Origin: Candidatus Bathyarchaeota archaeon
Lineage (GTDB): Archaea > Thermoproteota > Bathyarchaeia > RBG-16-48-13 > JAGTRE01
DNA: 64,000 bases
Direction: 5' to 3'
Assembly (NCBI GenBank): GCA_018396415.1
Contig: JAGTRE010000004.1
Coordinates: 21,380-85,379 of the forward strand
Shown here one piece after another: positions 1-7,981 of the stretch (position 1 is its first letter; the number at the start of each line of letters is the position of its first letter). The notes beneath the pieces are model-generated. The model made no database searches. It saw only the letters and a list, made by a program, of their open reading frames with translations, and had not been told where the DNA came from. Both the position numbers and the translations under genes were made by a program.

Positions 1-1019
1 ATAGGCAAGCCTGGTTTGTTACCGCTGGTCATGACTAAAGCTGGTTCTTTAACATATTGAAAGAGCATAAGGTGAATCCCGGTGTATGGAAGCATAACAC
101 CGATTGTATCAAGTTCAGGGGCAACAAGGTTTGAAAGTGGGAAGTTTGACGCTTTTTTAAGTGTAACGATAGGTTTTTGCCATGAAGTGAGAAGTGCCGC
201 CTCTAATGGAGTGACAACAGCGTATGTTTTGATAGTTTCAAGGTCTGGAGACATTACTGCAAAGGGTTGTGTAGGTCTACGGCGACGTTTTCGAAGCTCA
301 ATTAAAGGTTGATCCTCAGTAGTTCTAACTGCAATGTGAATGCCCCCGATGCCCTTAACGGCTACAATAAAACCTTCGCCAATAAGTTTTGCCGCTTCGT
401 ATATTGGGTTGTTTGTTGAAACTGGTTGCTTGTCAGGCGTATAAAGCGTCATTTGCGGGCCGCATTTTGGACAACAGATTCCTTGGGCATGGAAACGTCT
501 GTCTTTAGGATCAGCATATTCTTCTTGACATATCGGGCAAAGTGGAAAAGCTTTCATATTAGTGCGAATTCGGTCGTATGGCAACTCATACACGGAAGTG
601 AATCTTGGGCCACAGTGAGCGCAAACAGTGAAAGGATAATGGTACCATCGTCGACCAGGAGTAAGTATATCGGAAACGCAGTCTGAACAAATACTAATAT
701 CAGGCGGAAGCATTGATCCATACGCAACAAACTCACCTTTGCTCCGTTTTATTTCGAAGCGTTTAAAGCGCCCAATAAAGGGCTCCCAAACTATTTGAAT
801 AGTTTCAATATTGCATACTGGTGGCGCTTCCTTGCGTAGAAATTCTATAAACCTTTTAATCTGTTGTTCATCGCCCTCAACTTTAATTTCCACAGTTGCA
901 TCTTCAAGATTTGTAACGTACCCTTTTAGACCATAACTCGTAGCAACACGGTAAATAAATGGGCGAAAGCCCACTCCTTGTACGGTCCCCGTAATATTAA
1001 TTGTAGCAGCGCGTGGCAC
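1..1019 (-). CDS. hypF: [NiFe]-hydrogenase maturation carbamoyltransferase HypF, N-terminal part (gene runs off the window start)
   Basis: Absent from the ORF track because it is edge-truncated. My minus-strand translation from GTG at 1019 (in-frame TAG immediately upstream, GGGAG about 10 nt upstream) gives VPRAATINITGTVQGVGFRPFIYRV (acylphosphatase motif). Two zinc-finger pairs follow (CSDC..CAHCGPRF; CPICQEEY..CPKCGP), then AVKGIGGIHIA (YrdC-like). The frame stays open to position 1. Confidence 0.85.
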   Translation of the reverse strand, partial: MPRAATINITGTVQGVGFRPFIYRVATSYGLKGYVTNLEDATVEIKVEGDEQQIKRFIEFLRKEAPPVCNIETIQIVWEPFIGRFKRFEIKRSKGEFVAYGSMLPPDISICSDCVSDILTPGRRWYHYPFTVCAHCGPRFTSVYELPYDRIRTNMKAFPLCPICQEEYADPKDRRFHAQGICCPKCGPQMTLYTPDKQPVSTNNPIYEAAKLIGEGFIVAVKGIGGIHIAVRTTEDQPLIELRKRRRRPTQPFAVMSPDLETIKTYAVVTPLEAALLTSWQKPIVTLKKASNFPLSNLVAPELDTIGVMLPYTGIHLMLFQYVKEPALVMTSGNKPGLP

Positions 1020-1092
1020 CTATTAAGACTCCCTTTTGTACTTTCGGGTTTCAAAACGTTTATTTGTGTCTTTCTTGTGGTTTGATGCGTGA

Positions 1093-1665
1093 ATGGGTAT
1101 GTCCGTACCAAGATTAATTACTCCTGAGGATATCCGACGGTTACGAAAGTTATTCAAATTGACACAGCGGGAGTTAGCTATACGGGCTGGGGTTAGCCAA
1201 TCCTTAATTGCGCGAATTGAAGCTGGAACGGTTGATCCGCGATTATCAACATTAGGGAAGATTATGCGTGTTTTAACGGCCCCCGAGCACCAAAAAATAG
1301 CGAAAGATGTAATGCATAGCCCGGTGATTACCGTTAAAAAGACAGACACTGTACGAAGGGCTGTAGATTTAATGAGGCGATATGATATTTCACAAATTCC
1401 AGTAGTACATGGTAATAGACTTGTGGGGAGCTTGCAAGAAGCGACAATTGTGCGAAAATTGATGCAAAGCAGAGAACCCGAAAAAGTATTCAACAGTCTA
1501 GTTGAGGAAGTCATGGAAAAGCCCTTCGCCACCGTCTTACCAACGACGAGCTTAGAAAGTGTCCTAGAGTTGCTTGGCCACGGTCAACCGGCAGTATTGG
1601 TAGTAGACGGGGGAAAGCTTGTTGGAATTATTGCTAAGATAGATATTATTTCAGCGAAGATCTAA
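1093..1665 (+). CDS. Transcriptional regulator: XRE-type HTH fused to a CBS-domain pair
   Basis: The N-terminus LTQRELAIRAGVSQSLIARIEAG is HTH_3-like. Two CBS-like repeats follow (VMHSPVITV..ISQIPVV and VMEKPFATV..VLVVDGGKLVGIIAKIDI). Confidence 0.7.
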   Translation: MGMSVPRLITPEDIRRLRKLFKLTQRELAIRAGVSQSLIARIEAGTVDPRLSTLGKIMRVLTAPEHQKIAKDVMHSPVITVKKTDTVRRAVDLMRRYDISQIPVVHGNRLVGSLQEATIVRKLMQSREPEKVFNSLVEEVMEKPFATVLPTTSLESVLELLGHGQPAVLVVDGGKLVGIIAKIDIISAKI

Positions 1666-1707
1666 CATACTTGTAATAAGTAAATATGATCTAAGGCGAG
1701 AGAACTA

Positions 1708-2439
1708 GTGGATCCAGTATCTTTGGGTATAGGCGTTCTTGCAATTTTTGCAGCTATATTAATTGCTTATTACTACCATCGATTACTCTTGGTTCAGAAA
1801 AAGTATGATGCCGCGAAGGATATAGTAACTGGAATTGTAGTTAACTTAAATCGCCGCCTAGAAGGACAGGATGATAAAATCGAAAACATTAATCAGAATG
1901 TAACTGTCGCCCGAGCAAAGACGGATCGATTAGTTGATTTATTTAAGCAACTGGATGGAAGAATTGGACGGTTGATGACTAGTGTAGAAACAGCGTTAAC
2001 CGCAAGCCGAGAAGTTACGCGACAGACCATCTTAACAAGAGAACGGTTAAACAAGCTGGAAGTAGCGCAACAGGAGATCAAGCAACAAGTCAAAGCATTA
2101 GATGAAAAATATAGGGGACTATTGCCAGAAGAGGAAGGGGTCGTTCCATTTATTAAAAAGACATCATCACTCGCCAAGATCTTTGAAACAGAACAAGAAG
2201 TCCTTCAAATTTTATTATCACAAGGACCTAAATCCGCACCCGAAATTCAAAAAATAATTGGCAAAACCAGAGAACATACCGCGCGAATGATGAAGAAACT
2301 GTTTGAGCAAGGGTATGTTGAGCGAGATACAAGTAAAATTCCCTATAAGTATCGAATCAATGAGAAATTAAGAAGAGTGTTAGAAGAAGAATTAAAGAAA
2401 AGTGAAGTCACGGTTGAAGATAAGAAGACGAATACGTAG
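1708..2439 (+). CDS. Membrane-anchored coiled-coil protein with a C-terminal MarR/TrmB-like winged helix
   Basis: One N-terminal hydrophobic helix (LGIGVLAIFAAILIAYYY), a long heptad-like region, then EQEVLQILLSQGPKSAPEIQKIIGKTREHTARMMKKLFEQGYVER, which is wHTH-like. Confidence 0.45.
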   Translation: MDPVSLGIGVLAIFAAILIAYYYHRLLLVQKKYDAAKDIVTGIVVNLNRRLEGQDDKIENINQNVTVARAKTDRLVDLFKQLDGRIGRLMTSVETALTASREVTRQTILTRERLNKLEVAQQEIKQQVKALDEKYRGLLPEEEGVVPFIKKTSSLAKIFETEQEVLQILLSQGPKSAPEIQKIIGKTREHTARMMKKLFEQGYVERDTSKIPYKYRINEKLRRVLEEELKKSEVTVEDKKTNT

Positions 2440-2842
2440 TTGATTGAATATTAAGATCGCGTTTTAATTTATATCTCCATCCTGTCGATGAACGAGTGTG
2501 AAGGAGAATTCCTTTGCTGACCAACCGGGAGAGGTAAGTAGAAGAAGTACTTAAACTAAGACCTGTTTTATAAAGCTCTTCATAAGCTGTTTGAACATCA
2601 CGAGATGAAAACCAACCAACAGGAAATCGTCTCTCAATTACCTCTATAACCTTTTCAAATTTAGTTAACTCCTGTGGAAGTTTTCTCCTAGATTCACTAA
2701 CCGTTATAGGAGCCCCACCAAGTAATTCTACAAGATCTAAAATTTGGAGAACCTTCTCCCTTGTAACATGCCCTTCCAAGGAAATTGAAAAATGATTTCC
2801 ATCGTGATCATGAATGTCTACACGAATCTTTCGAGCAGGCAT
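2408..2842 (-). CDS. Hypothetical protein with a C-terminal winged-helix-like segment
   Basis: The ORF in the track is 2408..2884. I prefer ATG at 2842 (MPARKIRV) because GAGG lies about 6 nt upstream. The C-terminus LSTSSTYLSRLVSKGILLHTRSSTGWRYKL is wHTH-like. It overlaps the convergent upstream gene by 32 nt. Confidence 0.35.
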   Translation of the reverse strand: MPARKIRVDIHDHDGNHFSISLEGHVTREKVLQILDLVELLGGAPITVSESRRKLPQELTKFEKVIEVIERRFPVGWFSSRDVQTAYEELYKTGLSLSTSSTYLSRLVSKGILLHTRSSTGWRYKLKRDLNIQSTTYSSSYLQP

Positions 2843-3056
2843 AAGACTGCCTCTAACTGAATTCCTGGATACCCAGATTAACAAATTCTCAAATTAAAAG
2901 AATTTTTGGTGAATACACGGTTCGTGTGAAGATTTTAAATCGGTCAAAAAACATGGAAATTGGCGAAAAAAGTCTTTTTCTGGATTTTTTAGCATTTTCA
3001 CAAGTTCACATTATGTTCTCCCGATGAACGAAGTAAAAATCTGAAATTATAGGCAT

Positions 3057-3082
3057 TTGCAATGGAAATCGAGGGGTCTATG
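3057..3082 (+). repeat. ORB-like origin recognition box A
   Basis: TTGCAATGGAAATCGAGGGGTCTATG. It has the same 26-bp layout as boxes B and C (TT.CA.T.GGA, 6-nt spacer, GGGGT) and matches each of them at 16/26 positions. Confidence 0.5.
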
Positions 3083-3176
3083 CATTTTACTTAAAAAAGT
3101 GCAAAAAATTCCTTAATACGAAGAAATTTTGATTTTTAAAGCATATTTTTTTAACTATTTCACAACAGTTCACTAA

Positions 3177-3599
3177 TTACTTGATTATGTGAAATACAGG
3201 ACAATTCTGAAAAACGTGTTTGAATTTCTCAAAAATAGCTTCATCCATTAGCAAATCTCCATTTGAAAACTTTTGGTATTTTAATCCTTGAAGAGGATTT
3301 TGTGGAGGGTCAGAAGCGTCTACTGATTTTGGAGTGGATCCTAATGGAACGTAGTGCCAACGAATTCGGGAAGCCTTACCCTTCCGGCCTAAATATTCAA
3401 TTTTCCACCAATACCGACCATGGTAAGTGTAAACACGTCGCCCACGTCGTGTGTATACGGTGTGTTTTGGCTTCAGATAATATCTTTTATGAAGCTTCTG
3501 TAGCTTTTCATTGTATTCGCGCAAAATTTTTTGATATTGCTGTTCGATTCTAGCTAGGGCTGCGCTTCCATTGACGATTAAGACCTGTGTCCCCGGCAT
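3177..3599 (-). CDS. Hypothetical basic, aromatic-rich protein located between ORB-like boxes
   Basis: 140-aa ORF with no family recognised by eye. It contains YTRRGRRVYTYHGRYWWKIEYLGRKGKASRIRWHY. Confidence 0.4.
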   Translation of the reverse strand: MPGTQVLIVNGSAALARIEQQYQKILREYNEKLQKLHKRYYLKPKHTVYTRRGRRVYTYHGRYWWKIEYLGRKGKASRIRWHYVPLGSTPKSVDASDPPQNPLQGLKYQKFSNGDLLMDEAIFEKFKHVFQNCPVFHIIK

Positions 3600-3610
3600 A
3601 GTTGATCAAT

Positions 3611-3664
3611 GTATGTTTTGGCTAAACTAATTTATATTTTTAACTATGTTTAGCCAAAACATAC
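3611..3664. repeat. Perfect 17-bp inverted repeat with a 20-bp AT-only spacer
   Basis: GTATGTTTTGGCTAAAC (3611..3627) and its exact reverse complement GTTTAGCCAAAACATAC (3648..3664). The spacer is TAATTTATATTTTTAACTAT. Confidence 0.9.
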
Positions 3665-3668
3665 GTTA

Positions 3669-3694
3669 CCCTAACCCCTCTAAATCCAGTGGAA
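3669..3694 (-). repeat. ORB-like origin recognition box B
   Basis: The reverse complement reads TTCCACTGGATTTAGAGGGGTTAGGG: a TCCAGTGGA-type dyad core plus a G-string. It matches box C at 19/26 positions in inverted orientation. Confidence 0.65.
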
Positions 3695-3844
3695 CCGCCG
3701 ACCGTCTATCACGTACCACTAATAAAGTCTTCAACTTAGTAGTCTAAATATCTTGAAAAAATAATTAAATATCAAAAATGTTTCTAACCGTTTGGAGACT
3801 TTTTCCATCTAAATTATTTATATTAATTCTAATTAATGGAGACT

Positions 3845-3870
3845 TTCCAGTAGAATAATAGGGGTGTGGG
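3845..3870 (+). repeat. ORB-like origin recognition box C
   Basis: TTCCAGTAGAATAATAGGGGTGTGGG, a dyad-like core plus GGGGT G-string, about 125 nt upstream of the preferred cdc6 start. Confidence 0.65.
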
Positions 3871-3994
3871 AGGTCAAAGCAATCAATTCCTAGTCGGTTT
3901 TTCTAGTGCTTCTTGTTTGACCTTCTGTATGAGAAGGCTTTTGTTTAGTGGAAGTGGCGCTTTTGCTATTGTAACAATTTTAGAGGGTGAAGCA

Positions 3995-5248
3995 TTGAGT
4001 TCTGTTTCAAAGAAAGACCTTCTTGAAGATGTTTTTGATAAATTCCTACAGGCATCAGGAATTTTTCGAGAAAGAGAGGTCCTGCGACCAGATTACGTTC
4101 CTTCACATTTGCCACATCGGGAGGAACAATTAAAGCGACTGGCTGAGATTCTTGCTCCAGTTTTAAAAGGTTCTCGATGTTCAAACGTTTTTATTTACGG
4201 TCAGACAGGAACAGGTAAGACTGCGGTAATCCGTCATGTTCTCGATCGCTTAATTCATAAAGGCCATGAAAGTGGTGCACCTCTTGAGGCATGCTATGTA
4301 AACTGCCGCCTGGCCGGGACGGATTATCGGGTGTTATCAAAGATGTGCGAGACATTAGGGTTGGAAATTCCATTCACCGGGTTAGCTGTTGGGGAAGTTT
4401 TTGATAGGTTCAAAACTGCGTTGGACGCCCAGGAATCTCTCTTACTTATTATTTTAGATGAAATCGACGCGTTAATCAAGATGCGGGGAGATACCTTACT
4501 CTACGAATTAACCCGGATAAACGAGAGTTTAAGGCATGGTCGTGTAGTGTTAATTGGGATATCAAATGATCTTCATTTTAAAGAGTTACTGGATCCGCGA
4601 GTATTAAGCAGTCTTGGCGAAGAGGAAGTCGTATTTAGACCGTATACCGCTCCTGAGCTTCGCGATATACTTTTTGAGCGAGCAAAATTAGCCTTCTCAG
4701 ATGGAGTTTTGACCGATGGAGTTATTAATTTATGTGCGGCGGTTGCTGCAGCCGAGCATGGAGATGCTCGCAGAGCATTAGACCTTTTGAGGGTAGCCGG
4801 GGAGTTGGCGGAGCGAGAAGGAAATACAAGGGTTACAGATGATCATGTGCGACGTGCTCAGGAGAAAATTGAACAAGACCGAGTAGTTGAAGTTCTTAAA
4901 ACACTTCCACTTCACTCAAAATTAGTCTTATGTGGTATATACTTAATGAAGCAGGCAGAAATTAACGAATCGATTACTGGGGATGTCTTTGCAGTATATA
5001 CCGAGCTTTGCGAGCATTTAGGCATCGATCCATTGACCCAACGCCGCGTCAGTGGGCTAATTAATGAACTGGATGTTATTGGGGTATTAAATACGCGAGT
5101 AGTTAGTCTTGGACGATATGGGCGAACAAAACGAGTCCGACTTGGAGTGTCCCGCAGCGTTATTAAAGCAGTCTTCACCGATGATAATTGGGTTGGGCGA
5201 TTACTAGCGTATGTCCCTAAATGTCTCCGGCGAAACGGAACAGGTTAA
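3995..5248 (+). CDS. cdc6: Orc1/Cdc6 replication initiator (AAA+ with C-terminal winged helix)
   Basis: LRPDYVPSHLPHREEQ, Walker A GQTGTGKT, Walker B LLIILDEID, sensor region GDARRALDLLR. The track ORF begins at 3866. I prefer TTG at 3995 (GAGG about 8 nt upstream) because it gives the usual roughly 30-aa lead before LxPDYVP. ATG at 3929 is an alternative. Confidence 0.9.
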   Translation: MSSVSKKDLLEDVFDKFLQASGIFREREVLRPDYVPSHLPHREEQLKRLAEILAPVLKGSRCSNVFIYGQTGTGKTAVIRHVLDRLIHKGHESGAPLEACYVNCRLAGTDYRVLSKMCETLGLEIPFTGLAVGEVFDRFKTALDAQESLLLIILDEIDALIKMRGDTLLYELTRINESLRHGRVVLIGISNDLHFKELLDPRVLSSLGEEEVVFRPYTAPELRDILFERAKLAFSDGVLTDGVINLCAAVAAAEHGDARRALDLLRVAGELAEREGNTRVTDDHVRRAQEKIEQDRVVEVLKTLPLHSKLVLCGIYLMKQAEINESITGDVFAVYTELCEHLGIDPLTQRRVSGLINELDVIGVLNTRVVSLGRYGRTKRVRLGVSRSVIKAVFTDDNWVGRLLAYVPKCLRRNGTG

Positions 5249-5810
5249 GGTTATTGGAGTTGAAGACGGCGGCTTTCCTGCGCTTCGCCCACCAGGTTCA
5301 CGGCATGGAAAGGCGTTATTAGTCTGCGTCCAAATGGATGGTCCTTGGATTGAAGCCGTGCAAATAAGGACAATTACAGTCGATGGGACCGATGCTACAT
5401 CCCGCCTCCTCGAAATGCTCAAGGAATTAACTTTTGATGCGATTCTGCTTGGGGGCATCTCTTTTGCAGGTTTCAATCTTATAGATCCATGCAAAGTTTA
5501 TGCGGCTGTTAACAAACCAGTTATAGTTATTTCCAAGAGACGCCCAGATAACGTTGCAGTAAAACGAGCTCTAGTCTGCCATTTTGAAGATTGGGCTGCC
5601 CGTTGGGAAATTATCGAGAAACTAGAAGGAGGAATACATGAGGTTTTATCCATGGAGGGGGAGCCGCCAATTTACATTGAAGTTGTAGGAGCCAAAGTTT
5701 CTTGGGCTCAAAAATTGATTCGTAACTTGTCAACTCGTTGCAGGATCCCAGAGCCTATACGGGTCGCACGTTTTATTGCCCGTGGGTTAACGCGAGGTCT
5801 TCAGTACTAG
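5211..5810 (+). CDS. UPF0215/DUF99 family protein (EndoV-like fold family)
   Basis: VKVIGVEDGGF near the N-terminus and the overall size are typical of DUF99. It overlaps the cdc6 3' end by 38 nt. Confidence 0.5.
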   Translation: MSLNVSGETEQVKVIGVEDGGFPALRPPGSRHGKALLVCVQMDGPWIEAVQIRTITVDGTDATSRLLEMLKELTFDAILLGGISFAGFNLIDPCKVYAAVNKPVIVISKRRPDNVAVKRALVCHFEDWAARWEIIEKLEGGIHEVLSMEGEPPIYIEVVGAKVSWAQKLIRNLSTRCRIPEPIRVARFIARGLTRGLQY

Positions 5811-7344
5811 TAAAATTCATTTCTGTGAGATGTAATTTTTGGAGGTCAACGATAGGCATTTTACCCGGGGTGGGTTCCAAGCCCATTTTTCTTTGGTATG
5901 ATGTCTGGCTTTGCCATGCTCCTGAATTGACTATAAGCACCCCGCGATAACTTGTATAGCCGTTAATATGCACATGGCCAGAGTGGAAGATATCTGGGGA
6001 ATCATCTATTACTAAGTAATCCTTGGGCTCAGGAGCAATTGGAGTCCTTTTCCCATACACTGGAGCTAAATGCCTAGATCTAAGTAGAAGCTCCATGGCT
6101 TTTTCAGGATGTCGATAAGTAAGATTTGGAATCGATCCAATTACGTCTTCAAGGCTTCGCCCATGATAAAGTAAGATGGAAACTCCATGGAGGACGACTT
6201 TTGCAGGATCACCTAGCATTATAACTCTCCTCATTTCATAAATCGGTTCAGCATATTTTCTCGGAATCGCTGGCTGGGGTAATGCTTGTCTAGTGGCATC
6301 ATGATTCCCGGGAATAAGAATAACCTCAATATAGTCAGGTATCTGTTCAATGAACTGTGCGGCTACGCGGTATTGTTCATAGATGTCATGGATTATCAAT
6401 TCTCTCTCTTGTTCAGGATATACCCCAATGCCGTCAACAAGGTCTCCGGCGATTATGAAGTACTTAACTCGTCCAGCTAACTCCCTTTGAGCCCCGTTTC
6501 CAGTTTTTCCATTTAACCACAAGATTACTCGATTAAATGTTTCACGAAGAAATGTCTTGCTACCTACATGAAGATCAGATGTTAAAGCGACTGCGATGTT
6601 CTCCGTTGCTGGATTTGGCTTCCGGTCTGGAAGGTCGGGCCAAATAAAGTCGATGGCAATTAATATATCATTGTTACCACGCCGGGCATTAATGCATATA
6701 ACTTGGTCGAGGAGAATTTTTTGCGCTTTCTCAATTACCGTGGCTTCTGCGGTAGGTGGAACGATAATCGTAGCGGTGACTTCTAAGTCTTCGATTTGCA
6801 TGAATACCCTTCTTTTTCTTTCTCGCTTCTCGGTGACGATGCCTATCGTCTTTAGTTCTGTGTTTGGGGGAGCTTCTAATGCAACTCTTAAGGGTACGGC
6901 ATCTCTGGCATCAAGGCGCTGTCTAAGTAGTTTTTCAATTCTTAAAAATCGATCCCTAAAACACTGCAAAAAATCATCAATATTGCCAGTAGAGCTTACT
7001 GTCGCAGTAGGATCCTCAACAATTTTAATGTTACTCTTAACTTCTTTTGCATAAGGGTGAAAGATGCCCTTTCCGGTCAAGACTGGAGGTAAAGGTTTTG
7101 TCGCTTCCTTCTCCGGCAGAAGTTCCCTAGCAGCGTCTTCAATAAGTTGACGTGTAATAAACAATGGGCGCTCAGGCAGCATATTGGCTTGATCGATTGC
7201 TCGTTTAATTATTTTACCTACATCTGTCGTCTTTGATAGAACCTGGAGTATGTTAAATGCCTCTTGATCAAGTTGGTAACCAGAACTAACTGCGAAAGTT
7301 ACGGCTTGCCTAAGCTTATCGCTGGCAACTGAATTTTCCACCAA
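5773..7344 (-). CDS. dp1: DNA polymerase II (PolD) small subunit DP1
   Basis: Calcineurin-like phosphoesterase motifs (DLHVGS, AGDLVDG, GNHD, HGR, GHVH) follow an OB-like middle region. Length of 523 aa is typical. The start is TTG at 7344 or GTG at 7341. Confidence 0.9.
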   Translation of the reverse strand: MVENSVASDKLRQAVTFAVSSGYQLDQEAFNILQVLSKTTDVGKIIKRAIDQANMLPERPLFITRQLIEDAARELLPEKEATKPLPPVLTGKGIFHPYAKEVKSNIKIVEDPTATVSSTGNIDDFLQCFRDRFLRIEKLLRQRLDARDAVPLRVALEAPPNTELKTIGIVTEKRERKRRVFMQIEDLEVTATIIVPPTAEATVIEKAQKILLDQVICINARRGNNDILIAIDFIWPDLPDRKPNPATENIAVALTSDLHVGSKTFLRETFNRVILWLNGKTGNGAQRELAGRVKYFIIAGDLVDGIGVYPEQERELIIHDIYEQYRVAAQFIEQIPDYIEVILIPGNHDATRQALPQPAIPRKYAEPIYEMRRVIMLGDPAKVVLHGVSILLYHGRSLEDVIGSIPNLTYRHPEKAMELLLRSRHLAPVYGKRTPIAPEPKDYLVIDDSPDIFHSGHVHINGYTSYRGVLIVNSGAWQSQTSYQRKMGLEPTPGKMPIVDLQKLHLTEMNFTSTEDLALTHGQ

Positions 7345-7901
7345 GGTTTTTCCACCGGAATGATTATGATACCTTCATTCGTGTTACCTATGCTTTCAGT
7401 CATTCCTAAAAGATGTAAGTTTGCCGTCAACGCAGCGGTCATAGCGTCAATTTCATGAAGAGTTAATTGTTTCCGCTGAAAATTTCCAGAGAATCCCATT
7501 TTTAAAAATTCTTCTTGAATTCGCTTCGAATTGTGGAGGGACATTCGAAGAGCCTTTCTTGTTGATAGTGGATGGACCTCGATTACAGTTATTTTCGCTT
7601 CCTCTAATGATTTAGTGAGGCTCTTCGCTCTTTGGGTTAACATCTTCATGCCCTTAAATAATGGCGGCAAAACTTGGTATCCTCGCCACCGCATCACTTG
7701 ATCTGCTACTCTCATGAATCCTTTTTTTGGAAAGGTAAGTGGGGCGTCAATTGCTACCAACTCTGGCTTTACGCTTACAGTTTCAGATAAGATTTCAGAA
7801 TCCTCATAGAGTTCCTTAACCTCAAATATTCCATCATGCAACAATGCCCAGCCTGTTAGATTACGCGGATCCCCCGAAAGATCTATTCCTACTATTTGCA
7901 T
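7299..7901 (-). CDS. Predicted RNase H-fold nuclease (DUF429/COG2410-like)
   Basis: The N-terminus MQIVGIDLSGDPRNLTGWALL is typical of this family. Assignment is from memory of the family signature only. Confidence 0.45.
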   Translation of the reverse strand: MQIVGIDLSGDPRNLTGWALLHDGIFEVKELYEDSEILSETVSVKPELVAIDAPLTFPKKGFMRVADQVMRWRGYQVLPPLFKGMKMLTQRAKSLTKSLEEAKITVIEVHPLSTRKALRMSLHNSKRIQEEFLKMGFSGNFQRKQLTLHEIDAMTAALTANLHLLGMTESIGNTNEGIIIIPVEKPWWKIQLPAISLGKP

Positions 7902-7981
7902 GGGTTCTTCTCAAAGTAATTAGGGCATACGCCACCGTTTAAGTCGACCGCTTGTAGGCTAACTACAAGTTCAGTTGGCAT

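Larger units (their letters stand above)
3669..3870. other. Predicted replication origin core (inverted ORB pair flanking an AT-rich unwinding region)
   Basis: Boxes B (minus) and C (plus) face each other across about 150 bp of AT-rich DNA (3695..3844). This lies immediately upstream of orc1/cdc6, the classic archaeal oriC layout. Confidence 0.6.

Noticed and set aside
82-1111. Track ORFs 82..312(+), 426..686(+), 554..736(-) and 926..1111(-), considered as possible genes
   Set aside because: All lie inside, out of frame with, or antisense to the strongly supported edge-truncated hypF reading frame (1..1019, minus strand). Their sequences are low-complexity and have no motifs.
6596-7054. Long antisense ORFs inside well-supported genes (this one in DP1; also 31654..32289 in the aminotransferase, 33580..34215 in RPA, 35074..35478 in Lhr, and 22073..22435 in DP2)
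   Set aside because: Their translations are Ser/Leu/Arg-rich with no recognisable domains. The opposite-strand genes have clear family motifs along their whole length.
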